Source: an uncultured Methanosarcinales archaeon (GTDB lineage: Archaea; Halobacteriota; Methanosarcinia; Methanotrichales; Methanotrichaceae). From it: a stretch of 64,000 nucleotides of DNA. Shown one piece after another: positions 1 to 9,787 of this stretch. The DNA lies in contig CAWJKV010000009.1 of NCBI GenBank assembly GCA_963843555.1, forward strand, positions 22,750-86,749. The letters are read 5' to 3'. The translations under genes were made by a program, and so were the position numbers. The notes beneath the pieces are model-generated. The model was not told the DNA's origin. It saw only the letters and a program-made list of their open reading frames with translations, and did not search any database. Positions within the stretch are counted from its first letter, which is position 1. Each line of letters begins with the position of its first letter.

Positions 1-859
1 CGTGCGCCTTCACCAGAATTGATAGATGTGTTGCACCTCGAATGCTCCTGGCCTCAGAATCGGCCCGAACGGACACAGCCAGGTCTTTAAAAGCCACCAC
101 TTTGTCCGGCAGGAACAGTTCGTCCTCTGCGCCGATCCATAAACCAAAGGGACGGTCGAGGGCCGCAAACTGCTCGTGAGGCGCAGCTGGCATGAGCGCA
201 TTGGACATATTGACGGTGATAGCGGCCACCATTCCCGGATCGGATGCCAGCATTTCCGCTGGATAGTTGAAGCTGACCGCATAATCATGGCCGTGCGTTG
301 TACCACCGCTCGCAGCATTGGCGATGAAAGCGGACACATCGACCCTGGCAAAAGGAGAAATCAGTTCTGGTCGATCGATCTGAGCGCGGCTCCCTAGCTG
401 CGGTGAGAGGAACACGTAACCACTGACTGGTTCATGCCCGGGCTGGCTGGCATAGTTGAGCACAAGCGAGGCGCCGGAAGAGTGGCCTCCCAGGAACAGA
501 GGAATATGAGGAAACTCAGCTCGAATATGATGGATGAATGTCGTGATATCGTCCCAGACCTGTTTCGGAGCCGGCGAGTCACCGCGCGGTCCGCCTGATG
601 CGCCGTGTCCTCGGATGTCAGGAGTGCAGACTACTGTGTTGAACTGACTTTGCAGGCCATGTCCGAGATGTTGATAGCCTGCCCCGCTGTGTGCCCCACC
701 GCCATGGTAGAAGAGAAGCACCATACGAGGTGCAACAGGGGTGTAGCACCGATAGGCGAGCATAACACCGTCACTGGCTGTGAGGAATTCGAGAGCGGCC
801 AGCTCGACCTTGCTTGCCTTGCGCAGTGCCTGGAATGAAAAAGGTGCATCGGACATCAT
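1..859 (-). CDS. Alpha/beta hydrolase (lysophospholipase-like), 3' end runs off the window
   Basis: Manual translation from ATG 859 is open to base 1: HGGGAHSG oxyanion motif, PDIRGHGAS, GHSSG nucleophile elbow, GAEDELF and GATHLS (Ser-Asp-His triad). Absent from the ORF track because no stop lies in the window. Confidence 0.85.
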   Translation of the reverse strand, partial: MMSDAPFSFQALRKASKVELAALEFLTASDGVMLAYRCYTPVAPRMVLLFYHGGGAHSGAGYQHLGHGLQSQFNTVVCTPDIRGHGASGGPRGDSPAPKQVWDDITTFIHHIRAEFPHIPLFLGGHSSGASLVLNYASQPGHEPVSGYVFLSPQLGSRAQIDRPELISPFARVDVSAFIANAASGGTTHGHDYAVSFNYPAEMLASDPGMVAAITVNMSNALMPAAPHEQFAALDRPFGLWIGAEDELFLPDKVVAFKDLAVSVRADSEARSIRGATHLSILVKAH

Positions 860-1096
860 CGTCCTCTAAAAGTTCAATTGGCATTCAAGGATATGAACAT
901 TCGCCCCTGCTTTAGATGGAGTATCCTCAGCAATGTGCTGCAGCAATGAAGAAGCATACAGCATCGAGTGGCAATAGTATGAGGCGGCAGTCGGCTACGA
1001 TGGCAGAACTCTCAATGGGTTCAAGCTCAAATCGAATCCAGCGCGCTCCGGAGCCGCTTTTTGGCCTCTCTTACCTCATCGGGATCGATGCAGAGT

Positions 1097-1621
1097 CTAG
1101 GCAGAGTCCAACTGACCTTTGCGAGCCTCTTCCACCGCCTCCGTCAGGATCTTCATCGTCTCCACCGATCCCGGACAGGACTCGTTCACCTTGACCTGAT
1201 TCGGAGATCCGTAAATTCCCAGGAACGGAAAGATGCGACAGGACCAGGGACGGATTTCATAAATTTTGCAGCCCTTCGCCCCCTGATTATAAAATTTGCA
1301 GGGCAGGATGTGCTTGAAGTCCAGGACGCCCGGCCTGTCAGGGTCAGGAATGGTGTACTTCTTGAGTGCCTTGTCGAAGGGGATCTTGAGGTGCTTTGCC
1401 AGGAGGGCCGCATCCTCGGGCAGGAGCCTGATGGGGTCGCCGGTGGTGCAGCACGTCCCGCACCTCTGGCACTTGAACAGAATGTGGCAGGCCATGCGGA
1501 CGTAATCGACGGAGGTGTACTTGGGCGCATCCAGCTCCCTGAATACCTGCTCGTCCGTCAGTGCTGTGGCCTTGAGGAGCAAAAGGGCAATTTCTTTGGG
1601 ATCTTTTTCTGATTCCATCAT
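1097..1621 (-). CDS. YkgJ-family cysteine-cluster protein (CxxCxxCC)
   Basis: FKCQRCGTCC, C-x-F, CKIYEIRPWSCRIFPF motifs. Confidence 0.85.
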   Translation of the reverse strand: MMESEKDPKEIALLLLKATALTDEQVFRELDAPKYTSVDYVRMACHILFKCQRCGTCCTTGDPIRLLPEDAALLAKHLKIPFDKALKKYTIPDPDRPGVLDFKHILPCKFYNQGAKGCKIYEIRPWSCRIFPFLGIYGSPNQVKVNESCPGSVETMKILTEAVEEARKGQLDSA

Positions 1622-1675
1622 TTATGACGCCTTTTAATAGACATCCTTTTCAAGCTTGCCCTTCCTCTTGGTACC

Positions 1676-2252
1676 ATGTCCAAGGAGATTGTCCTGATCG
1701 GCAGGTCCAATGTCGGCAAATCCACCCTCTTCTGGGAGCTTACCGGAACGAAAGTTCGTATCGGAAAGCGTCCCGGCATCACCCAGTACCCTTTCAAGAC
1801 AAAGGTCGGAAACGTCTTCTATGTGGACATGCCCGGCTACGGATTCATGTTCAATACCACCAAGGCCGACCAGGAGAAGACCAAGGACCTGATTGTTCAC
1901 TACTTTGAGAGCCATGCCGAGGATATTCTTATGGCGGTGCAGGTGATAGACGCCGCCTCTTTCCTGGACATCGCCGACCGCTGGGAGGGCCGGGGCGAGG
2001 TTCCCTTTGAGATCGAGCTATGGGAGTTCCTGAATGACATGGGACTGGATGTGGTACTGGCTGCGAATAAGATGGACCGCATCGCCAAGAGTTGACCTGG
2101 ACGGGGCTCTTGACCTGATCTGCGAGAGGCTCGGCATGCTGCCCCCCTGGACCCAGTGGCAGGACAAGATCGCACCCATCAGCGCCAAGCGCGGCCAGGT
2201 AGAGCCGCTTCGAACCATCATCTCGAAAAGGGTGTCAATAAACCATCCCTGA
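1676..2252 (+). CDS. engB: GTP-binding protein EngB (one apparent +1 frameshift near 2091)
   Basis: GRSNVGKS, DMPGYG and NKMD motifs; C-terminus (LPPWTQW...PISAK) continues in ORF 2034..2252. Confidence 0.85.
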
Positions 2253-2312
2253 CTAGAGAATCATCCAGACGAGGCCATACCGGCTTTGACATACCGGCTT
2301 TGACATATCGGT

Positions 2313-3238
2313 CTAGGGCATTGGAGCCGGTGGTATGCCCTGCACCTCGAACTCTTTCTTTACCGCCTCACGTATCTCGCTGCCAATCACTTTGGCCACA
2401 TTCCGCCCAGGGATGGTTACCTCCAGTCTGAGAGTCAGCTCCGAGTACCTGGAACTCATGAGCAGCACGCTTATGGGTCTGTCCTTGAGCACCAGGGGAT
2501 GGCTGCGAGCCTTCTCGATGATTATCGCTCTGGCTCGATCAATGTCTCCGGCCTTCTCCAGATCGAAGTCCACCGTCCAGACAATCTCCGGCTCCCTGAT
2601 GGACCAGTTGATGATGGGTTCCATGCTCATGATGTTGTTTGGCACAATGATTCTGCTGTTGTCCGCTGTGCGAATTATGGTATGCCTCAGTGTCAGGTCC
2701 TCTACCTGTCCATAATCCGCTCTGAAATCCACAAAATCACCTACCCTGAAGGGCTGAAAGATGGCAATGAAGATGCCTGATGTGAAATTGGAGAGAGAGT
2801 CCTTGGAGGCATAGCCTATGGCCAGACCCGCGATGCCGGCACCTGCCAGCATGGCCGTCGCCAGGCTATGCAGTTGCGGTACCTGAAGGATGACGAGCAT
2901 CATGCCGATCAGATAGATGGTTGCAGAGACCAACCTCCTTATCATGAGCTGCATGGTCTCATCCATCTTCACTTCGACTTTGTGTACCACCTTGGGGATG
3001 TAATTCAAGAGTATGCGGTCCACAAAACGCACTGCAGATCGTGTGATTATTATTATCAGAATAATTATTATCAAATTTACTATAATATAGATAGTATATT
3101 TATGTCATCGACAGTATTTGCCAGAACCTGAAGAGGGACCAGATCGATGTGCTTCCCTGCGATCAAATCGACTCGATTTTGAATCTGATCGGCCAGATAT
3201 TGGGGATCAGCCAGACTCGTTGCCGCAGAGAGATCCAT
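2313..3238 (-). CDS. mscS: Small-conductance mechanosensitive channel, MscS family (frameshift near 3080)
   Basis: AGIAGLAIGYASKDSLSNFTSG, PFRVGDFV, VPNN motifs; likely N-terminus MDLSAATS (3238) is in another frame. Confidence 0.85.
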
Positions 3239-3293
3239 CAGTGAGAAGACAGAAAAAGGATACTTAAAAGTTTCTATAAAAAAGTAATACGGT

Positions 3294-3869
3294 TTAGTAG
3301 TTTTCGTTAAGAACCTCGAAATAAGCTCTCTCATGCTTGCATGCCGGACATTCCTCTGGTGCCTCATTGCCCTCGTGAAGGTATCCACAGTTGCGGCATC
3401 TCCAGACCACCTTCTCGCTTTTCTTGAAGACGGTTCCTTCTTCCACATTCTTTAGGAGGGCACGATATCGGTCCTCATGACCCTTTTCAACAGTTGATAT
3501 TTTATTGAACGTATTGGCAATATCAGCAAACCCTTCCGCCTCGGCAATGGCTGCAAAACCCGGGTACAACTTTGTGTTCTCGAACCTCTCACCGTCTGCC
3601 GCTGCTTTGAGGTTTGCCCTGGTATCTCCGATAACTCCCGCAGGGAAGGCGCCCGTGATCTCTGCTTCACCGCCCTCCAGGAGCTTAAAGAAAACCTTGG
3701 CATGCTCCTTTTCGTTGTCCGCTGTATCCAGGAATATTGCTGCTATCTGCTCGTACCCCTCTTTCTTGGCCTGGGAGGCAAAATAGGTGTATCTGTTCCT
3801 GGCCTGGGATTCTCCCGCGAAAGACAGCATTACGTTCTTCTCAGTTTTCGTTCCTTTTAGACTCTTCAA
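3294..3869 (-). CDS. rbr: Rubrerythrin
   Basis: AFAGES-like/ExxH di-iron motifs (EKEH, EKGH) plus C-terminal CRNC...CPAC rubredoxin-like domain. Confidence 0.95.
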   Translation of the reverse strand: MKSLKGTKTEKNVMLSFAGESQARNRYTYFASQAKKEGYEQIAAIFLDTADNEKEHAKVFFKLLEGGEAEITGAFPAGVIGDTRANLKAAADGERFENTKLYPGFAAIAEAEGFADIANTFNKISTVEKGHEDRYRALLKNVEEGTVFKKSEKVVWRCRNCGYLHEGNEAPEECPACKHERAYFEVLNENY

Positions 3870-4012
3870 TTTTCCATCTCCATTTCTTTATATTTTGAGG
3901 CCATTGCCCAAATTGAGCTACCAGATGCGAAACGCATTGATTTCAGCAAATCTGTAATTGCAGAGCTGCAAACTTATAAAAACTAAAATTTGTAAAAGCG
4001 GCAAATCGCCGC

Positions 4013-5248
4013 TTAAGAGAACATGCGCAGAGCTTCTTCCGATCCTTCGACCTCATCCCCGAGTACCTTTCGGATGGCTTTATCGAAGTCGTCTCTGGCG
4101 ACGGAGGTCGCATTTCTTCGCAGAGCATTCATGCCCGCCTCCACCACGATGGCCTTGAGGTCGGCACCGCTCGCTTCATCGGTATTCTTCGCGATCTCGG
4201 CTAAATCAACGTCTTCATCCGTCCTCATCTTCCTGGAATGTATCTCCAGGATCTTGAGCCGGCCCTCCATGGAAGGCATGGGGATCTCGATGATCCTGTC
4301 AAAGCGTCCCGGTCTCAGCAGAGCGGGGTCGAGGATATCGATCCTGTTCGTAGCTGCGATGATCTTAATGTCACCACGGGTTCTGAAGCCGTCCATCTCC
4401 GCCAGGAGCTGCATCATGGTCCGGTTTACCTCGGCGCTTCCAGTAGTGCCGTCATGCGTCCTGATGCTTCCCACGGCATCTATCTCATCGATAAATATGA
4501 TGCTGGGGGCCTTCTCGCGGGCCATCTGGAAGATATCGCGAACGAGCTGCGCGCCTTCGCCGATAAACTTGTGTACCAGCTCTGAGCCGGACATGTGGAT
4601 GAAGGTGGCCTTGGATTCGTGGGCTACGGCCTTGGCGAGCATGGTCTTGCCTGTTCCCGGCAGACCGTAGAGCAGGACACCTCTGGGCGGCTCAATGCCG
4701 ATATCCTTGAAGATCTCGGGATTGGTCAGCGGCAGCTCCACAGTCTCCCTGATCTCCTGGATCTGGGTTTCCAGACCTCCAACCTGTTCATAAGCTACAT
4801 CCGGAAGCTCAACCAGCTCCATGACTTTAGCCCGGACATCCACGGAACGATCCAGAATGCGAACTATTGTCAGCGAGTTGTTGATGGCCACGCGGGAGTT
4901 GGGCTGCAGCTTCTCCATCATCTCTGCCGCAACAGTGGTTATGAACTCCTGGTTGTTCCCGTGCTGCCTCAACAGGACATAGTCCGGTCCCATCTCCACA
5001 ACCGTCGCCAGGAACAGCGGCATCCTCTTGAGGAGAATATTCTCTTTCTTAAGCCGCTCTACCTCACGCAGATATTTTTTATTGGCGATGAGGGACTCGA
5101 AGAGCTTTGCCCTTACCTCTTCCCTCTCAACCCTCGTGGTCTCCAGCTCTTCGGCGAGACTTTTGGTATCGGATTCGAGAGCGGCTATCCTCTTTAAGAA
5201 TGACTCCTGGATCGTGTCTTGACCAGAAAAGGCCGTTGATTCACTCAT
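4013..5248 (-). CDS. pan: Proteasome-activating nucleotidase
   Basis: N-terminal coiled coil, GLPGTGKT Walker A, IIFIDEID Walker B, LRPGRFDR, C-terminal MFS (HbYX-like). Confidence 0.95.
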   Translation of the reverse strand: MSESTAFSGQDTIQESFLKRIAALESDTKSLAEELETTRVEREEVRAKLFESLIANKKYLREVERLKKENILLKRMPLFLATVVEMGPDYVLLRQHGNNQEFITTVAAEMMEKLQPNSRVAINNSLTIVRILDRSVDVRAKVMELVELPDVAYEQVGGLETQIQEIRETVELPLTNPEIFKDIGIEPPRGVLLYGLPGTGKTMLAKAVAHESKATFIHMSGSELVHKFIGEGAQLVRDIFQMAREKAPSIIFIDEIDAVGSIRTHDGTTGSAEVNRTMMQLLAEMDGFRTRGDIKIIAATNRIDILDPALLRPGRFDRIIEIPMPSMEGRLKILEIHSRKMRTDEDVDLAEIAKNTDEASGADLKAIVVEAGMNALRRNATSVARDDFDKAIRKVLGDEVEGSEEALRMFS

Positions 5249-5348
5249 ATAAGTAGAACCTGCGTTTTTCAAGCTTATAAATTCATGCCCAAGGTAGTCC
5301 TAGAAAGATATTAATCTTGACTTGCCAAAATAATATCCCGTGGTTTAG

Positions 5349-6460
5349 ATGATAACCCTGCAAAAATATGTTGTTCCTCCCTTCGAGGTTGTGGAAAGAA
5401 AGGGCCTCGGCCATCCGGACACCCTGGCGGACGGGATCTCTGAGGCTATCTCTCGCTCTCTATCCAGGTTTTATCTGGATGAATTCGGCCAGATATTGCA
5501 TCACAATGTGGATAAGGTCCTGATAATAGCCGGCAAAAGCGCGCCTCACTTTGGAGGCGGCACAATTCTGAAGCCCCCCTCAGTGGTTGTGGGAGGAAGG
5601 GCAACCAGGCCCTCTGGAAAGCCGGTGAACGAGATCATAGAGGATTCCGTTTCCTCATTCCTCCAGAAGACCGTGAAAAATCTGAATGCAATTCCAGGTC
5701 GAACCCCGGGTAGGAGAAGGTGCCCCGGAGCTCAGAAGCCTCATCGGCAGGGGAGCCAATGATACCTCAATCGGTGTGGGCTATGCGCCTTTGAGCAAGA
5801 CGGAGCAGCTTGTCCTGGATCTGGAAAAGGAGGTTGGTAACGTGAAAGGCGTGGGGGAAGATACCAAGCTCATGGCCGTGCGCATAGGAGATCGGCTCAC
5901 GCTGATAGTCGCCGCAGCCATGGTCGACCGCTTCATCAGTTCGCAGAGAAGAGTACGAAGAGGCAAAGGCCCGCGTTTTGGAGGCAGTCATAAGAAAAGC
6001 CGAAGCCGAAACCGAAACAGAGGCGTGCGTGAATTGCGCAGATAATGGCGAGAATATCTATCTGACAGTCACAGGCACCTCCATAGAGATGGGCGATGAC
6101 GGTGCCACGGGCCGGGGCAATCGCGGCAACGGGCTGATAACGCCCATGCGTCCCATGACCATGGAGGCCATAGCCGGAAAGAACCCGGTGAGCCACGTGG
6201 GCAAGATCTACAATGTTCTTGCCCAGCGGGCAGCAAGCGAAGTCGCAGAGCTTGACGGAGTGAATGAGGCCTATGTCACTCTGGTCAGCAAGATCGGCTC
6301 GCCCATCAGCCAGCCGCTGCTGCGTGGAGTGCAAATATCGGGCGATTTGCAGATGACTCCAAAAATGGAAGCGGAGGTGAACTCCATTATCGACTACTGG
6401 CTGGAGAGCTCGGACAGGATGGTGGAGGAGTTCGTCGAAGGGAAGCTGAGGCTATACTGA
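5349..6460 (+). CDS. mat: Archaeal S-adenosylmethionine synthetase (two apparent frameshifts near 5685 and 5945)
   Basis: [50 protein letters not shown] across three consecutive ORF pieces. Confidence 0.9.
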
Positions 6461-6476
6461 TGTTTCAGTCCGCTCC

Positions 6477-6780
6477 CTATGTTGCCTCTTTTTTAGCCAT
6501 CTGCAGCCTCTGTTTGGCGGTATAGCCCGTAGCCTTCTCCAGGAAATTTCGAAACCGCTTGTTGGTATCCAGGGCGACTTCGTCGCTTACGCCGAGTTCC
6601 GACTCCGTGGTCACATTGAGCTTCTTGCCGTTTAATCGATACATTGATGCTTTTCAGGGCTCCGAAACTGAGGAATAGCGAGCCCTTCTCTTGCTTTATG
6701 TCAACCGGAAATTCTTCTTCCAGTGCTTTTTGAATTCGTTCCATATCGGGCTTGAAGCCGCGCTTGAATGAGTAATCCAT
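6477..6780 (-). CDS. Small conserved euryarchaeal protein (DUF5611-like), frameshift near 6633
   Basis: MDYSFKRGFKPD N-terminus; corrected frame gives ...FRNFLEKATGYTAKQR...KEAT stop at 6477. Confidence 0.6.
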
Positions 6781-7036
6781 GAAAGCCTTCAGGACGCTGA
6801 TCGAGTATAGATGTTTCGAGCCAAAATCACCCCAACTGTGCTAATAATATGAAAACATATAGATTTCAATCCACTTCGAATCATTGATGCTTTTGAGTGT
6901 AAAAGCAAAGAAGCTACATAATGGTCAACGGGAGAATAACTCTGAAATTTGAGCATTAGGATTTGGTCTGCCCAAAAAAATTGGGCTTTTCCCTGACTTT
7001 GCAAGGGGAAAAGCTCTTGCGCATGAGGTATGCGAT

Positions 7037-8286
7037 CTAAATTACGGTATAGCTTGCTGCCTCGTCCAGTTCCTCCTGGATTCTCAGGAGCTGGTTGTAC
7101 TTGGCTGTGCGCTCGGACCGGGCTGGCGCGCCGGTCTTGATCAGTTCGCATCCCAGTGCCACCGCCACATCTGCCAGAGCCGAATCCTCTGTCTCTGCGG
7201 AGCGATGACTGGCCATGACCTTCCATCCTGCCCGGAAAGCCATCCTGGCAGCGTCAAAGGCCTCAGAGACTGAGCCTATCTGGTTGAGCTTGAGCAGCAG
7301 GGCGTTGCTGGCGCACATCTTGATGCCCTTCTCCAGGCGGTTTATGTTGGTGACGTACAGGTCGTCTCCTACTATTATGGTGCCCGGCAGCTTGGCTGTC
7401 AGCCTGGCAAAATCGTCGTAGGCCTCCTCCTCGAAGGGGTCCTCCAGCAAAATAATGGGATAGGTATTCACCAGGTCTACATAATAATCGATGAGCTCTC
7501 CAGGAGACAACCGGTTTCCATCCACGAGTAGCCGCCTTCCATGTAGAAGCTGGAGGCTGCGGCATCAAGGCCGATCCGGATCTCTTCTCCGTAGCCGCTC
7601 ACATCAAGAGCGCTCATGATGGCGTCCAGAGCATCGCGGGTCTTTATGAGCGGCGGGGCATAGCCGCCCTCATAGCCGACGTTGGTGGCGCCCACGCCGT
7701 ACTTTCCCTGCAGGATCTTTCCCAGAGCATGATAGGTCTCTGCAGCCATGCGCAGGCCTTCGCTGAAGCTCTTGGCTCCAGTGGGCTGAATCATGAACTC
7801 CTGAATGGACAGCTCATTTCCGGCGTGCTGTCCACCATTGAGAACGTTGAAGGACGGAATGGGCAGGGTTGATGTATTCACTCCACCCAGGTACTTGTAG
7901 AGCGGCATCCCGGAAGATGAGGCAGCAGCTTTGGCCGTGGCCAGGGAGACGCCCAAGATCGCATTCGCGCCCAGGTTGCACTTGTTGGGAGTTCCATCCA
8001 GCTCGATCATGAACTCATCGATCTCCCTCTGGGCCGAGGCGTTCATGCCCAGCATCTCGGGCGCAATTATCTCATTCACATTCTTGACCGCCTTTAGAAC
8101 GCCCTTGCCATCGTATCTATCGCCGCCGTCGCGTAGCTCCAGGGCCTCGTGCGTGCCCGTGGACGCGCCCGAGGGCACAGCCGCGCGTCCGAAGCCGCAG
8201 CATGTATAGACATCGACTTCGACGGTAGGGTTTCCTCGTGAATCAAGGATCTCACGAGCATGAATTCTTTCGATCTCGAATGACAT
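7037..8286 (-). CDS. eno: Enolase (frameshift near 7525)
   Basis: [55 protein letters not shown]. Confidence 0.95.
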
Positions 8287-8393
8287 GGTATACCACGCCA
8301 GCCACTTTGCAGCCTTATTTATTAAAGTTTGGGCGAGCCCAGAAATAATCGTCAGTATTTTCTATCCTTGCAGCAAGCTCGCGAAATGGAGAT

Positions 8394-8876
8394 ATGGAGA
8401 GATGGACAGAGAATTCTGAAAAGGCCTGCATCTTTTGCGAAATTGTGGAGGGAAGAGCCCATTCTCATAAGATCTACGAAGACGATCTGACGCTATGCAT
8501 CCTGGATATCAATCCCTTTTCGAGAGGCCACTCTCTGGTGATCCCCAAGAGACATGTTCCCTGGTGGCATGAGCTATCAGTTGAAGAGAATGCCAGCCTC
8601 TTCCGGGTGGCGAAAATTGTGGCTGAGAAGATGATGCATTCCCTCCAGCCGGACTTTGTCTGCATGTTTGCTCGCGGCAGAAGAATTCCTCATACGCATA
8701 TCTTCCTGGTTCCGACCTACAGCGGAGATGTGCTGGATAGGTTCTTCAATGCTCTGGAGCTATTTCAGGAGTCGCCGCCAGGGCTTGCAGCTCTGAGTGA
8801 ATGCAAATCGATGGAAGAGACAGCCGAATCAATTCGAAAAGCCCATATCAAGCCTGGCCAAACTGATCAAATCTAA
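8394..8876 (+). CDS. HIT (histidine triad) family protein
   Basis: CIFCEI, GHSLVIPKRH, PHTHIF motif. Confidence 0.9.
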   Translation: MERWTENSEKACIFCEIVEGRAHSHKIYEDDLTLCILDINPFSRGHSLVIPKRHVPWWHELSVEENASLFRVAKIVAEKMMHSLQPDFVCMFARGRRIPHTHIFLVPTYSGDVLDRFFNALELFQESPPGLAALSECKSMEETAESIRKAHIKPGQTDQI

Positions 8877-8958
8877 AAGTTATATGGCAGACTCCTCACG
8901 GCGTTTTATAAGGGCTGCAATAATAGTAATATAGCAGATCCACTTTCTGATTGGATCG

Positions 8959-9711
8959 ATGGATATGAAGCTAGGAATCTCAACCTGGGCCTATCAGGAT
9001 CTGCCGCTGCCGCAAGCACTCGAAAGAATCTCCCTGCTCTCCGACCGAGCCGAGATCCTTTGTGAGGCCAGGCACAGCCTTCTTTGCCCCGAAAACCTGG
9101 AGTCGACATTCTCATTCTCCTTGAAATACACCGTGCACGGTCTCGTGGCGGATGTCAATATCGCCAGCATATATCCTGAGTTAAGGGAGGCCTCTGTAAA
9201 TTTGCACCGCCGGGCCATCCAGGCCAGCGCCGAGGCTGAAGCAGAGCTTTACGTCATCCATCCCGGCTTCACATCCTGGAGCTTTTACAGTTGTGATGCC
9301 CTGCAGTCTCTGGATCGATCGCTATCAGAACTTGCTTCTTTGCAGGAGGAGCTTGGGATTCGCCTGGCTGTTGAGAATATGCCCAATAGCGATTGGCTTT
9401 TCTTCAAAAAACCTGACCTGGAGCTGCACGGCATGGGCCTTGTGCTCGATGTGGGCCATGCCCAGACCTGCGGCACTCTATCGGATTTCTTGAGCCATCC
9501 GGCCCTGGCGCACGTTCATTTGCATGATAACTCAGGAAATAGCGACGATCATTTGCCCCTGGGCAGAGGTTGCATAGATCTTAAGTCCGTGCTCAAAGTA
9601 ATAGAGGAGCAAAAGATCTCCGCCGCCCTGGAACAAAAGACGGAAGAGGGTGTGCTGGAAAGCCTTGAAAACTTAAAAAATCTAAAAACCACGTCGAAAA
9701 AAGCAAAATAG
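8959..9711 (+). CDS. Sugar-phosphate isomerase/epimerase (xylose isomerase-like TIM barrel, AP endonuclease 2 family)
   Basis: HPG, VENMP, LDVGHA, HVHLHDN...DDHLPLG motifs. Confidence 0.85.
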   Translation: MDMKLGISTWAYQDLPLPQALERISLLSDRAEILCEARHSLLCPENLESTFSFSLKYTVHGLVADVNIASIYPELREASVNLHRRAIQASAEAEAELYVIHPGFTSWSFYSCDALQSLDRSLSELASLQEELGIRLAVENMPNSDWLFFKKPDLELHGMGLVLDVGHAQTCGTLSDFLSHPALAHVHLHDNSGNSDDHLPLGRGCIDLKSVLKVIEEQKISAALEQKTEEGVLESLENLKNLKTTSKKAK

Positions 9712-9787
9712 AGTTGCCGCCAGGGAAAGGAAAGAGGAATAAGCTGAGCCAGAGCATGAACTCAGTCTTTCCGAAAAAAGATGTGTC

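Noticed and set aside
2276..2307. 14-bp tandem repeat cataccggctttga x2
   Set aside because: Only two copies between convergent genes; no evidence of function.
6965..7035. Cluster of short hairpins after enolase
   Set aside because: Compatible with an ordinary 3' end or terminator structure; nothing supports a separate ncRNA.
5349..8286. Programmed frameshifting or pseudogenes in mat and eno
   Set aside because: Essential genes, no slippery-site pattern, and the same insertion signature occurs across the window.
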